In this document: piece after piece, positions 6,437-17,071 of the stretch | Numbering within the stretch: the stretch's first letter is position 1 | How the letters are laid out: each line of letters opens with the position of its first letter | Assembly (NCBI GenBank): GCA_964650355.1 | Contig: CAZYTL010000006.1 | Span: 11,019 to 75,018 of the forward strand | DNA: 64,000 nucleotides | Origin: an uncultured Gammaproteobacteria bacterium | GTDB lineage: Bacteria > Patescibacteriota > Microgenomatia > CAYXHB01 > CAZYTL01 | Direction of reading: 5' to 3' | Notes under the pieces: model-generated | The model's database searches: none | Told to the model about the DNA's origin: nothing | The model's input: the letters and a program-made list of their open reading frames with translations, nothing else | Position numbers and translations under genes: made by a program

Positions 6437-9115
6437 ATGAATGATCAGAGCGGAGAACAAACACCACCTCCTCCAGATGTCCCACAGCCAGAAGGTGGAG
6501 GGCCAACGAGAGAGCAGGTAATGGCAAAGATCGAGCGCGAAGATAGGGATAAAAAGAAAAAAGAAGTACGGGATGAGATTGAAAACGGAACAGATAGAGA
6601 GGGAGCTTTGTTGCGAAATACTATTGTGGATGTGATTACTACGAATCCTGATGATAATCCTCCAATTCCTAATAAACGGATGGGGAGAATGAATGAATCA
6701 TATCAAAGAGCAAGAACACTGGCCGAAGACATGGATACCAATGCTAATCAGGTTTTGACGACCATCAGAGAATTTCATCGACACGCCAGACTGGGGAGAT
6801 ATGAATTGGATGTTAAAGTTCCTGAAGATGCATCACCTGAACAAAAGAAAGAAGCGATGAGGCAACAATTATTGGCAGACTTAGATAAAATGCCAACAGC
6901 AGCGGCCATGAGAGAACTTCAGCCATATGTGGATGAAAAAGCAGAAGCCAAACTAAAGGAAGATAAATTAAGGGAAACATTGAGTGGAGATCATGTTAAT
7001 AGGGCTAAAACAAGAAAAGCAGCTTATCAATTAGAACGGTCGGAAAATAGAGTTAAGGCCAAACAGAGAGCTTTGGCCATAGAGGCAGGAAGATTACACA
7101 CGGTAGAATTGCAATTAACTGATTTGCGTGAAGAAAGATTATCCTACGTGAGAGAGGAATTTGGCGGCATACCTGATGACCAACGCGATGAAAAGTACGA
7201 CCAAACTGTGCGCCGCTATAAGCAAGGTTTAGGGGAAAGAGACGCAAAGGCTCTCGAAGCGCTTGAGGATAAATTGGCGGAAGTGATTCCAGAAGAGGGT
7301 GAGACGGCTGAAGCAGGAGAAGGCGGAGAACCGGCTGAACCTGCCCCTTCGGAAGAGGCACCCCAAGAAGAAATAAAAGGGTTATTAACCCAAAGAACTA
7401 CGATTGAGGCAGAAATTGGACATCAGAGGCAACAATTAGAAGAAGCGATTCGAATTGCTGACGCGGAAGAGATTTGTAAGCTGGCACGTGAAATATCACA
7501 GAGAGAATTGGACTTATCAGCAAATAATGCCCTCCTGGATGCTTCAGCAGCCGGGTTGAGACGGCAGGCTGCTACTCATCAGTGGAACGAGGCTTTCCGA
7601 GGATTTGCTGATTCGTTTATTGCGGAAGGTGGTGACCCGAATCAAGAGTTCAAAGCACTCACCGGCGCGGCTAAGGAATCGGTGGCGTCATTAGCCAATT
7701 CGGGAAAAGAGTCAGCTAAAAGGATTTTTGGTAAATTAGCCAAACCATTAGGTGCAGCTGCCAGATGGACTGGGGAAAAATGGCGCACTTTTTGGACTGG
7801 AGTAGATAAATATGTAACAGAGAATGTGAGGCGAGCAGGTAGATGGGTAGGGGCAAGAATTAGACATGTGACAGAAGGAGCTCAGTCTAAAATTTCAGCG
7901 GCTGGAGGTCGTTTAGAAAGAGGGTTGACTGAAGTTAAAGACCGGTTTTATCGTACCCAGGATGCAATCCACTTAGGGGCCCATAAAGTGAAACGGTCTT
8001 TATTTGGAAGCGGAGCCTTGAAAAAACACCTCAAGGTGACTACAGGAAGGGCAATCGGGTATATTGCTTATTCTCCGGAGATGCAGGCCGATTTAAGAGA
8101 GAAAGTAAAAACCCGCAGGGAAGAGATTAAAGAGCAAAGGGCCGAATGGATTATAGAACAAGATGAAGAGTACAGAAAAAACCGAAAGGAGCATGACAGA
8201 TTTTCTAAGCTAGCCAGAATGGCTGAAAAAAGAGCCAATTTCCATGCAGAACGGGCTGGAGGTGAAGGTGAACCAGGGACAGTAGAAGAGGTTGAGGCGG
8301 GCGAACCAGGTTTGGATGATCTCGTAGAGAGAGTTGCCACTACTCAGCAGGAGGCTGAAGATATTTGGAATAATGTTCCAGAAGAGGAAAGAAGACGAGA
8401 GTTAAAAAAAGAAACTAAAGAGGCTATAAATATGGCAATTGACGAATCATTGGCAGCAAAAACTGCTTTAAGAGAACATTTAGTAACTTTAGTAACTGAA
8501 TTGCCAAGTGAAGCTGATAAAAGTGAAATTGAGAGCACAGTGGCTCAATTGAGAGAAATTGATGAAAAATTAAGGAAAAACGCCGTAAAGCAAGCAGATT
8601 ATGAATTTCCTATATTTGGCGGAGATGAGGGTAAAAAGGCTTTAATGGATGAGTATGATAAACAGTTAACAGCCTTAAGAGAAGCATATATAAAGGCTTC
8701 AGAAGCAGAACCTGAAGCAGAACCTGAGCGGTTAGATGAAGTAGTAGAAATGCAAGAAGAAGCTGAAAGAATGGTGGATGAACAGGGAAGAGACGAAATT
8801 CTTAGACAAACGGAAGCGCAAACAGATGACACTTTACTCCAATTAGAAGGATTGGTAGATAATAGTATAGCACCGGAAGCTCTGGATGTCCGCTCTTTGA
8901 TGGTCAATGAAAGAGCACTTCTCGTTCTGGCAAGACAAGCATCCGACCAGGAGAGAGGACAATTAAACCTGCTTGCTCGAGAGATGGAATCATTCTGGAA
9001 GGCAACCGAAGCTGCCAGATCAAGCACAGCACAAAATTTAAGAGATCAATCCATATCACAAGCAGCAGAGGCACGTGATAGAATAAAAGCGATGCTTGAT
9101 CAATTTAACCAGTAA
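6437..9115 (+). CDS. Large E/K/R/A-rich coiled-coil hypothetical protein
   Basis: 892-aa ORF, helical composition, no recognisable catalytic motif. Confidence 0.85.
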   Translation: MNDQSGEQTPPPPDVPQPEGGGPTREQVMAKIEREDRDKKKKEVRDEIENGTDREGALLRNTIVDVITTNPDDNPPIPNKRMGRMNESYQRARTLAEDMDTNANQVLTTIREFHRHARLGRYELDVKVPEDASPEQKKEAMRQQLLADLDKMPTAAAMRELQPYVDEKAEAKLKEDKLRETLSGDHVNRAKTRKAAYQLERSENRVKAKQRALAIEAGRLHTVELQLTDLREERLSYVREEFGGIPDDQRDEKYDQTVRRYKQGLGERDAKALEALEDKLAEVIPEEGETAEAGEGGEPAEPAPSEEAPQEEIKGLLTQRTTIEAEIGHQRQQLEEAIRIADAEEICKLAREISQRELDLSANNALLDASAAGLRRQAATHQWNEAFRGFADSFIAEGGDPNQEFKALTGAAKESVASLANSGKESAKRIFGKLAKPLGAAARWTGEKWRTFWTGVDKYVTENVRRAGRWVGARIRHVTEGAQSKISAAGGRLERGLTEVKDRFYRTQDAIHLGAHKVKRSLFGSGALKKHLKVTTGRAIGYIAYSPEMQADLREKVKTRREEIKEQRAEWIIEQDEEYRKNRKEHDRFSKLARMAEKRANFHAERAGGEGEPGTVEEVEAGEPGLDDLVERVATTQQEAEDIWNNVPEEERRRELKKETKEAINMAIDESLAAKTALREHLVTLVTELPSEADKSEIESTVAQLREIDEKLRKNAVKQADYEFPIFGGDEGKKALMDEYDKQLTALREAYIKASEAEPEAEPERLDEVVEMQEEAERMVDEQGRDEILRQTEAQTDDTLLQLEGLVDNSIAPEALDVRSLMVNERALLVLARQASDQERGQLNLLAREMESFWKATEAARSSTAQNLRDQSISQAAEARDRIKAMLDQFNQ

Positions 9116-9139
9116 TTGACAAGTTAAGTTGTTTAAGTT

Positions 9140-9619
9140 ATGAATCAAAATCCACGCGATCGACTATTACAATTAATCATAGATTTACGAATGCCAATGT
9201 CTCCTGAGGAGGCTAAGGACCATATTGCTCATTTGAACGATGAAGAGGTTGGTTTATTGTTGCCCCGATATGAGGCAATCAAAGATTACGAAGATGCGGT
9301 TGATGCTGCAGCCCAAGAAGCTAATCCTGAAGAGTATGCCAAAATCGAGAATAAACTAAATCATGATTTATTGAGGACAAGACAAAGCGTTAGTTTGCGT
9401 AAAGAGCAGTTGCAAAAGGAAGCTGATGATGAGATGGACAAGATTCAGTTAAAAGCTGAAGCTGATATTAAAGATGTTTTGTACCAACAACAACATGAAT
9501 TAGCGGAAATCGAAGACGAATACAAAGATATATATACCAAGATGTCCACAGCGTTAATGAAAGCCCAAGCAAATAAAACTACCCAACAGGAAGCAACTCC
9601 GGAACAGCCTGAATCTTAA
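9140..9619 (+). CDS. Hypothetical coiled-coil protein
   Basis: 159-aa ORF 24 bp after the previous gene. Confidence 0.8.
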   Translation: MNQNPRDRLLQLIIDLRMPMSPEEAKDHIAHLNDEEVGLLLPRYEAIKDYEDAVDAAAQEANPEEYAKIENKLNHDLLRTRQSVSLRKEQLQKEADDEMDKIQLKAEADIKDVLYQQQHELAEIEDEYKDIYTKMSTALMKAQANKTTQQEATPEQPES

Positions 9620-9658
9620 TTTTCTCCATCTACCACATAGTCAGATTTCAACTCTCCC

Positions 9659-10363
9659 CTATTCTGATTTTTCTTCTGAAGTTTCTTCTTTGGCCTCGCC
9701 TTTTTCTTCGGATTCGGCCTCTTTAGGTTCTTCCTCACCTTTTTCTTCAGTAGCTTCAACTTCTTCGGGGGAAGGAGCCGGAGCTTCCTCTTCCTCTTCT
9801 TGAGGCGCTTCTACTTTGGCAACGGTGGCTTCGGGTTCGGCCTGGAGAGTCACTTTCTTGGTGTCCACTTTAAGGTCGGAAACGAGTAAACTGTCCTCTA
9901 TTTCTACCAATTTGCTGATATCAAGTTCATATTTTTCAGGAAGATCTGTAGGCAAGGCTTCGACTTCGATTTCGTCCATGACCTGAACTAAGATGCCGCC
10001 CTTCTGCTCAACCGCCGGACTCTCCCCTACCAATTCGATGGGCACGTCAGCGGTGATTTTTTCTTTAAGGTCGACCTGGCGGAAGTCCACGTGTAAAGGC
10101 ATATCGGTAACGGGGTGGGTCTGAATCAAGTGGACCAAGGCGGGCCGAGGAGTTTTTTCTCCCTTAACAGTGAGTTCAATCAAGCCGGTATCACCTACCT
10201 GTTGATAGGTTTTAAGAAAATCTTTTTGGTCAACCTGAATGGCCTGGGACTTGACTTTGGAACCGAAGATGTTGGCGGGAAGCAGGCCTTGCGCCCGAAG
10301 TTTTTTGACTTGGCGGCCGGTAATTTTGCGAGGTTCAGAGGTAAGAGGGTGAAGGTTAGGCAT
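9659..10363 (-). CDS. rplY: 50S ribosomal protein bL25/Ctc
   Basis: R..TGRQVKKLR.QGLLPANIFG, IQTHPVTD.PLHVDF, EVEALPTDLPE, acidic tail. Confidence 0.97.
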   Translation of the reverse strand: MPNLHPLTSEPRKITGRQVKKLRAQGLLPANIFGSKVKSQAIQVDQKDFLKTYQQVGDTGLIELTVKGEKTPRPALVHLIQTHPVTDMPLHVDFRQVDLKEKITADVPIELVGESPAVEQKGGILVQVMDEIEVEALPTDLPEKYELDISKLVEIEDSLLVSDLKVDTKKVTLQAEPEATVAKVEAPQEEEEEAPAPSPEEVEATEEKGEEEPKEAESEEKGEAKEETSEEKSE

Positions 10364-10424
10364 AAGTTGCGAATTTACTCGATGTAAAGCGAATTAGCAC
10401 AAATAGAAATATGTTAAGGTAAGT

Positions 10425-13400
10425 TTATAGAGATCTGATTTTGTGTTTGTTAAAACTGACGTCGATGGTTTGGTCCTGTGATAATGAGATATTGTACCTG
10501 ATGGTCTGGTTATCGGTCAAGTGTGGGGCAGGACCAGATTGAAGATCCGAAGATGACTGGGTAGTGTTGGTGGGTTGAAAACCGACCGGATACTGAACCG
10601 TAAGCCAATAAGGGTCATTTTGGCTGCCCGCTTGTTTGGAAATTTGCAGTCGGTAGGTAAACTGATTAGGCAAAGACTGAGAGGGCAATGAATAGTCAAC
10701 GCGTACCAGATAATACGTTTGAGGTGGAATAGGAGCCAGAAAACCATAGACTTCATAACCATGTTCCTGAGTATGATCGATAAAATCCAAATCAATAGCC
10801 GGCAAGTCAGCAGAAGACTGATCAGATTCGGGACTCCAATGAGGGTCTGTGACCACACCTAACTGAAGGTTTTGCAACGCAGTACCCAAAGGTAAATAAA
10901 GGCGGAGATAGTTTTTGTAAGCGCCTCCTAGCCAGGAATCTGGTTGAGACTGGTTATGGTAAAAAATTTGCAAGGTTTCTTGAGGAGACGCGGTTTCTTG
11001 AAGTTTGATGTGGTGAAAGATCTGCCGCTCGAGGTACTGGTTGACTTTGTTAACGCCTAGGTTCGCTTCGACGATGAGGAGATGATCTGTAATTAAGTTA
11101 CTCCGGGCACTAAGTACCTGGGTGTTTTCCTGTAATTGTTTAACCTGAGATAGCAAAGGAGCAATATTGGACGTGGTATATGAATAAGGCTGCAAGGAAC
11201 CGCTCCAGCCGAGCTGGGAAATTAGGTCTTGGGCGGGTAGATGATCAAAATAAGCTAGAGCGTGTTTGGATTGAAAACCCGTGTTCAAGGCAGTGGCTAG
11301 CTTTACCCAATCTAATTGAGGACCGTGTTTTAATTTATAGAGGATAGCGTCAGCCACCAGACTAAGATGGTCCCCTTTCTGATGAGACCCGGGAAAGTGA
11401 TCCCCTTCTGACTTTTGTTGCAAGTATTGATAAAAATTATCAGCAGTCAGGGTAATCTGCTGATCGGGTAAATATACAGAATTCATGGCGCCGACCAGAT
11501 TCTGTATAAAGTCCACATCCACGGCCAAAACTCCGGATACTGATTGTTTAAGCTCTTTTTTGACAAACCATTGCAGCTTTTCTGACGTAGTAGGAAAATC
11601 CGGATCCCAATTGGCATCGCGCAGATACCAGCTGGCTTCGCCTAAATATTGATGAATAGGGCCGGGCGGCTCAACATAACCCAGTAACTGCCCATCAGCG
11701 TCGTAGACATCATGAATAGTCCAATTAGTTAATTGTCCCTGATCAAGAGTAAGTAGTCCGACTGAGCCGATAAATCCCCCAGTAGGCCGAAGTTCGCGAT
11801 TATTCTGAAAGATAACCAAATAGGTCTGGGGCTTTTGGTAACCGGCAAGAGCAGGATATTGACCCAGGCTATAAATGAAGGTGGCTAGCTGACCCCTAAC
11901 AAGAGGCAACTTGACTTTCAAACTGGTGTAGGTAGGTTGAGAAACGACTTGGCGAAGATAAAAAGGCAAATGATCAGGCAATACCGCTTGCAACTCACCT
12001 AGTAAGGTTTGGGTTTTTGTCAGATGCATACGAGCCTGATCCAAAGTGACCAAAGGATCAGTTTTCAGGCTAGGATCAAGCGTGGTGCGCAGAGAAGTCT
12101 GGAGTAGCAGCAACGAAGAGGAAGACTCAAAGATGGTTTCACTACTCAGTTGAGCCAGACGAATATGGGCCAAAGCCTGATCAAACTTTGTCCCTAAATA
12201 AGGAAGATGCGAAGCAAAAGACAAAAAGCCTAAACCCTGTCCCAGCTGCTGAAAACGGGCTTGAGCAAAGTCCGATTCCTGAGCAGCAGCCGTAAAGTTC
12301 CCGCTTTGTATTTGTTGAAGACTTTGATTTAAAAATAAGCCGCCTTGAATTAAGGTATAACCGAACACTGTGGGAGGAACGATAAGAGTCAAAACGATAA
12401 GGACCACCAAGGCTGGTTTCCAGGCATAAGATAAATTAGGTACTGCAGGTAAACGTCTAGATACAGGTCCAAATAATCTAGATAGTCCAAAGGTAAATCG
12501 CGGAGGTTTAAGTTTAGAAAAAGTCTTTTTAAAATTGAGAAATAAGTTGTTTTTGGATAGCTGTGACTGAGAATCAGATGGCGCGAACTGTCCAGAAAAG
12601 GCGGATTGTTGCTCTAAAACTTTCAAGTACTCATAGTGCATTCCATCCCAAGGCTGCGAAGCCGGCTTAGTCAATAAAATAGGCGGTTTAAGCCAATCAC
12701 CCATCATTTGCAACCCATGCTCAAGAGCAATTTCAGGCTGCCAATGAAGTCGTTGGCAGGTTCGTCGAATAAGTCGCGGATCAATCATGCTAGCCGCCGA
12801 AGGAGGTTGCGCGCTATAAGAAAAGCTTGTCCGGTGAGGCACAATTTGCTGAAGCAAGTGCAGAAAACTTTCCAGAGGATACGAATGATGATGAGCGAGA
12901 ACAAATTGTTGATGTTTAGTATTAGACATGAGAGTAATTTTGATAAGCGCTTGAACAGCATCCTGTACATGAAGAGGATAGATTTTAGTATGCGGAGAAA
13001 CTGAGAGTTGTCTTCTGGTGACTCCAAATTTAACAGCCGAAAAAACCTGCGACAGAGGTTGTTGACCATTTAGGTCGTAATTCGACCCGTAACAGTCTGC
13101 AAGAAGTACTGTGCGGAAATTGATCTGAGGTTTCCGGTCAAGAGAATTAAGCTGCTGAAAAATAAAAGGTAAGTGTAGATCAGTAAATGGAAATGGGGGT
13201 GTTTTTAATTGAGGATTAAAGTAAGGAGAAACATAGGTTATTTTAATGTGTGAGTTAGGCTCGTAAGGCAAAAGTTGCAACTGATGACGCAGTAAGGAAG
13301 TAACTTGTGCCTGATTAAGTTGAGACGCGGAAAAAGAACTAGCATATAAGTCAGTGAGAAAAAGATAGTCTGGTATAAGATCCGACTGTATCAATGGTGA

Positions 13401-13664
13401 TTGCGGAAATCCTTCAGAATGTAAATTGGAGGAGAAAAAGTATTTTGAAGAAATTAACGATTCTGGCAAGACTGTCTGAGTGGTGAAGATTGATGGAAGT
13501 CCAAGAACATAAATCCCCTGTTTAATTAACTCGTGAGCTAAATAATACCCAAGAAACTGATCTACAGCAGTAACTAATGCTAATGGATGAGGTTGTGAAG
13601 AGGATTGAGAAAGACTTGATTTTGAATGCGGAAAATACTGAGATAAGGATTCGGCAGGATGCAT
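10425..13664 (-). CDS. DUF4012-domain membrane protein with a degenerate N-terminal epimerase/SDR-like domain
   Basis: YLVIFQNNRELRPTGGFIGS, LRDANWDPDFPT, EANLGVNKVN, YKNYLRLYLPLG; N-terminal LVTAVDQFLGYYLA. Confidence 0.88.
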   Translation of the reverse strand: MHPAESLSQYFPHSKSSLSQSSSQPHPLALVTAVDQFLGYYLAHELIKQGIYVLGLPSIFTTQTVLPESLISSKYFFSSNLHSEGFPQSPLIQSDLIPDYLFLTDLYASSFSASQLNQAQVTSLLRHQLQLLPYEPNSHIKITYVSPYFNPQLKTPPFPFTDLHLPFIFQQLNSLDRKPQINFRTVLLADCYGSNYDLNGQQPLSQVFSAVKFGVTRRQLSVSPHTKIYPLHVQDAVQALIKITLMSNTKHQQFVLAHHHSYPLESFLHLLQQIVPHRTSFSYSAQPPSAASMIDPRLIRRTCQRLHWQPEIALEHGLQMMGDWLKPPILLTKPASQPWDGMHYEYLKVLEQQSAFSGQFAPSDSQSQLSKNNLFLNFKKTFSKLKPPRFTFGLSRLFGPVSRRLPAVPNLSYAWKPALVVLIVLTLIVPPTVFGYTLIQGGLFLNQSLQQIQSGNFTAAAQESDFAQARFQQLGQGLGFLSFASHLPYLGTKFDQALAHIRLAQLSSETIFESSSSLLLLQTSLRTTLDPSLKTDPLVTLDQARMHLTKTQTLLGELQAVLPDHLPFYLRQVVSQPTYTSLKVKLPLVRGQLATFIYSLGQYPALAGYQKPQTYLVIFQNNRELRPTGGFIGSVGLLTLDQGQLTNWTIHDVYDADGQLLGYVEPPGPIHQYLGEASWYLRDANWDPDFPTTSEKLQWFVKKELKQSVSGVLAVDVDFIQNLVGAMNSVYLPDQQITLTADNFYQYLQQKSEGDHFPGSHQKGDHLSLVADAILYKLKHGPQLDWVKLATALNTGFQSKHALAYFDHLPAQDLISQLGWSGSLQPYSYTTSNIAPLLSQVKQLQENTQVLSARSNLITDHLLIVEANLGVNKVNQYLERQIFHHIKLQETASPQETLQIFYHNQSQPDSWLGGAYKNYLRLYLPLGTALQNLQLGVVTDPHWSPESDQSSADLPAIDLDFIDHTQEHGYEVYGFLAPIPPQTYYLVRVDYSLPSQSLPNQFTYRLQISKQAGSQNDPYWLTVQYPVGFQPTNTTQSSSDLQSGPAPHLTDNQTIRYNISLSQDQTIDVSFNKHKIRSL

Positions 13665-13900
13665 ATGATTCAGCGTAGCGAAAATTTTGAACTAATACAA
13701 GACCAGTAAAGCTGCTTAAATATATGTATTTTGTTTTTACTTTATTTTTCTATGGATTTTCTACTCATGCTAAATTTCATTTTCTACTTAATTTATACAT
13801 ATTTTCGTTATTACCTTTTCATGTGACGGTATTGACCTCATACATTTTCCACACGGCCATTACAAATCTTTTGTTACATGTTTGTAAGTCCAGAAGAAAC

Positions 13901-14359
13901 CTACGATGCTTGATCCAAAACCCGGTTCGCCAATTGATCAGCTAATTGATTATGCCGCCGAAGTTGATGCTGAAAATTAATCATTGTTCCTTGATTTTGT
14001 AAACGAATAAGCAATTGCTGGATTTTAATCATCAATGGTTGAAGGTGAGCAGCTTTAATTTTATATTTTCCCGTAATTTGTTTATAAAGAAGTTCGGAGT
14101 CGAGATTGATTGTGATTTCGTAGTTTTGAATTGTCGTAATGTCGCCCGCAAGCCATTGAAGTGCTAGAATCACTGCTTGATACTCGGCCACGTTATTCGT
14201 CTGCTTACCCAAAAAAATTCCCTGTTGATGAACAACATGCTGATGTTGATTTACCACCACAAAGGCCGCAGACGCAGAACCGGGATTCCCACGGCTAGCT
14301 CCGTCACAGAAGATGATAAGTTGTCGATGTGGAGATAATGGTGATTCGAAAGTGGACAT
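13901..14359 (-). CDS. rnhA: Ribonuclease HI family protein
   Basis: IFCDGASRGNPG, TNNVAEYQA, LDSEL, NQLADQLAN. Confidence 0.93.
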   Translation of the reverse strand: MSTFESPLSPHRQLIIFCDGASRGNPGSASAAFVVVNQHQHVVHQQGIFLGKQTNNVAEYQAVILALQWLAGDITTIQNYEITINLDSELLYKQITGKYKIKAAHLQPLMIKIQQLLIRLQNQGTMINFQHQLRRHNQLADQLANRVLDQAS

Positions 14360-14397
14360 GGGTTTAGTTTAACACTGTTTTATGTTACCATGAGCAC

Positions 14398-15417
14398 ATG
14401 TTAAAGTCTTTAACCCCAGGCCAGCAAATCAATGACAAATTCGGGATATTAAGTATTACAGAAAAAACCACGGCTAATGGAGACCCGTATCTGGTAATAG
14501 AATTGACGCATCCGTCAGGTACAATTGCCGGTAAGGTTTGGTCAGATTCAATTCCTAATGTCAAGGTTAAGGAAGGAGATGTCGCCGAACTGAAAGGCAC
14601 TGTAGACCAATATCGAGGGGTGAATAATTTTAACATTCAAAACGCACGTCAAGTGCCCAATGAAGATTTATTGGATTATGTAACGGAAAAACCGACTCTG
14701 GTCTTTGATATCGAAACAGTGGGAAGGCCGTTTGAAGAATTAGATGAACATGACCAAGATTATTTTCTGAATAATTTGGAAAAAAATTTCGAAGGTACAA
14801 AGCAACAATTACACGACAGAACAGGCCTGTATCCCCTATTCGGATTTGTAGTAACGATTGGAATGTATAACCCAGGAACAGAAAAGGGTGCAGTATATTA
14901 CTTGACGAGTAGTAAAAAACAAAAAGCTACCAACAAAAAACTGCAGACAGGAGATAAGAGTGCCAAGGAATCTCCTGCGCATCAATCCAAGGAAGCTTTC
15001 ATTTATAGAGGCTTCGCAGATGAAAAGTCTTTATTAGAGGGTTTTTGGGAAACTGCCTTGAAGTACGAAAGATTCGTGACTTACAACGGCGCAGGTTTTG
15101 ACTGGCCCTTTTTAGTATTCAGATCAGGAGTACACAGAGTTAAGGTACCTTTTGAAACTAAAGGTAATGGAGATAAATTTATTGATTTATCTCAAAAAAT
15201 CAGAGTCGGATATCGGCCTTATCGTTTGGAACAACTGTGTAAAGCTTTCCAGATTAGCAACCCCAAGGAAGACGGAGTATCCGGTATGGAAGTGGCTAAA
15301 TTATACAGGCAAGGAAAACTAGAGGAAATTTTAAAATATGTATCCAGAGACGCTAAGTCTACGTCAGAACTGTACATGCTGTGGAAGACTTACTTAGCAG
15401 GGAAGATTATTGTATAG
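14398..15417 (+). CDS. OB-fold plus DEDD 3'-5' exonuclease (PolB-like/RNase_H_2) fusion
   Basis: N-terminal KTTANGDPYL..L..PSGTI.GKVW (YhaM-type OB fold); VFDIET, TYNGAGFDWPFL, YVSRD. Confidence 0.85.
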   Translation: MLKSLTPGQQINDKFGILSITEKTTANGDPYLVIELTHPSGTIAGKVWSDSIPNVKVKEGDVAELKGTVDQYRGVNNFNIQNARQVPNEDLLDYVTEKPTLVFDIETVGRPFEELDEHDQDYFLNNLEKNFEGTKQQLHDRTGLYPLFGFVVTIGMYNPGTEKGAVYYLTSSKKQKATNKKLQTGDKSAKESPAHQSKEAFIYRGFADEKSLLEGFWETALKYERFVTYNGAGFDWPFLVFRSGVHRVKVPFETKGNGDKFIDLSQKIRVGYRPYRLEQLCKAFQISNPKEDGVSGMEVAKLYRQGKLEEILKYVSRDAKSTSELYMLWKTYLAGKIIV

Positions 15418-15506
15418 CTAGCAGAAACAACATCAAACCTAGGCTGATCAGCCTTTGGCCGAGATATAACGCAATGAGCGTTGATTAAGAGAAGGGATTT
15501 ACGGCT

Positions 15507-16382
15507 TCAGAATTTCATGCTCGGAGTGACAATCTTCACATCGATTTGGTTAGTTAATGCAGAATATTGTTGTTGATCTTTTTGTTTTAAAGTGTTTAAA
15601 AAATCGGTGGTTTTAATGTCTGCCAGAACAGGTTGCCTGACGTTCTCGGGCAAAACCTTGAGAAAGTGGTAGGATTTGACGAACAAATTCACGGACCAAG
15701 TACTATTATTAAGGTGTAAATAGCCCTGAGCTAATAGTCCGTAAATTTGGGCTAGACGTCGATATTGACTCTCCCCTACTCTATTTTCGCTAATAATACC
15801 AACGCAAGACCAAAGTTTAGTGATCATTTGGTGAAAATCCTGCTGAACAAAGTTCAGTTTGGCCCAGTCTAGCAGTACGGTCATTTCCATGAACCAGCTC
15901 CCCTGCTCTCTGATCAAGGTCAGGCTTTGTTTAAGTAGCAATTTGGCTTTGTCTATTTGATCGGTGGCTAAAAACACCAAAGCTGATTTAGCTAAGGTGA
16001 TGCCCAAAGAGACTTTGTCGTCGGTTTGGCTCAGAAGATGAGAACTTTTGTTAAGCCACTCCAAGGCTTGAGGATATTGTCGTTGCTGAAAGTAGGCCAA
16101 GCCAATATCCCGATTGACATTGCCTATGGCCAGCTGATCTTTTAGGCTCTGATATAAACCGGCTGATTGGCGTAAAGCATCAAGAGCAGCCTGATAGTTC
16201 TGGGACATGGTGTGACAGACACCGATCATTTGTTGACAATAAGCTTGTCCGTTGAGATCCTCTGCTTGTTGATAGAGCTGTTGAGCCTGGTGAAAAGCAT
16301 TGATCGCTTGTTGAGTTTGGCCGTTGTCTTTAAATTTCTGAGCTTGATCGAAAAGTTGGTGAGGATCGTTTTTTTCCGTCAT
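15507..16382 (-). CDS. Tetratricopeptide repeat protein
   Basis: Repeated helical motifs (IGVCHTMSQNYQAALDAL, IGLAYFQQRQYPQALEWL). Confidence 0.85.
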   Translation of the reverse strand: MTEKNDPHQLFDQAQKFKDNGQTQQAINAFHQAQQLYQQAEDLNGQAYCQQMIGVCHTMSQNYQAALDALRQSAGLYQSLKDQLAIGNVNRDIGLAYFQQRQYPQALEWLNKSSHLLSQTDDKVSLGITLAKSALVFLATDQIDKAKLLLKQSLTLIREQGSWFMEMTVLLDWAKLNFVQQDFHQMITKLWSCVGIISENRVGESQYRRLAQIYGLLAQGYLHLNNSTWSVNLFVKSYHFLKVLPENVRQPVLADIKTTDFLNTLKQKDQQQYSALTNQIDVKIVTPSMKF

Positions 16383-16458
16383 ATATTTTATGGTTGAGGT
16401 AGAAATATTTTAACACGACAAAATTGCTTTTTATATACAAAAGCTGTCCTTGCCAAAA

Positions 16459-16490
16459 GGAGATCCTATCGCTTCGCTCCAGGATGACGG
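16459..16490. repeat. REP-like element (GATCCTATCG...CCAGGATGAC family) between genes
   Basis: GGAGATCCTATCGCTTCGCTCCAGGATGACGG; related copies at 24893-24922, 55195-55236, 55328-55359. Confidence 0.8.
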
Positions 16491-16501
16491 AAACTACGCA
16501 G

Positions 16502-17035
16502 CTACTTGATATAGAGATGCACCTCTCCCCTACTCTGTTGAGGCTGCCAATGAGGAAATTTAAAATAATTAGAGATGACGCGAGCGCCGGGTTTAAGTTC
16601 TTTTTGAAGTTTAGTTTCCAATTTTTTCATGATGTAAGTGGTACCGTAGACCGTAATGAGATCGTAAGAAGATAAATCTATAAGCCAGTAATTTTTAAAA
16701 TAAATAGTTGCTCGATCTGACACTCCGGCTTTAGCGATCTTTCTCCTGGCCTGCCAAACTAAGACGGGGTTAATTTCATAACCGTGAGCAGTGGCACCGG
16801 TTTTAGCCAAGGCAAGGACTACCCGACCATCACCTGACCCTAAATCAGCCGCCTTATCCCCTTTCTTGATCCGAGCCAGTTTGATCATTTGTTTCAGTTT
16901 TTGTCGCTTTGAACCTACGTATGGTGCACCAAAGAGCATAATTCCGCCAAAAATTAGGGTAAGTATGAGCCAGGCAACTACGGCGATTAAGACAAAGACC
17001 AGCAAGATGGAGATAATGATTAATAACCAATACAT
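16502..17035 (-). CDS. Membrane-anchored class I SAM-dependent methyltransferase
   Basis: N-terminal TM, GAPYVGS, DLGSGDGR, GYEINP, ELKPGARVISN. Confidence 0.92.
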   Translation of the reverse strand: MYWLLIIISILLVFVLIAVVAWLILTLIFGGIMLFGAPYVGSKRQKLKQMIKLARIKKGDKAADLGSGDGRVVLALAKTGATAHGYEINPVLVWQARRKIAKAGVSDRATIYFKNYWLIDLSSYDLITVYGTTYIMKKLETKLQKELKPGARVISNYFKFPHWQPQQSRGEVHLYIK

Positions 17036-17071
17036 AAAAGGGGACAATTAAGTCTAGAGAACAGACTGACT

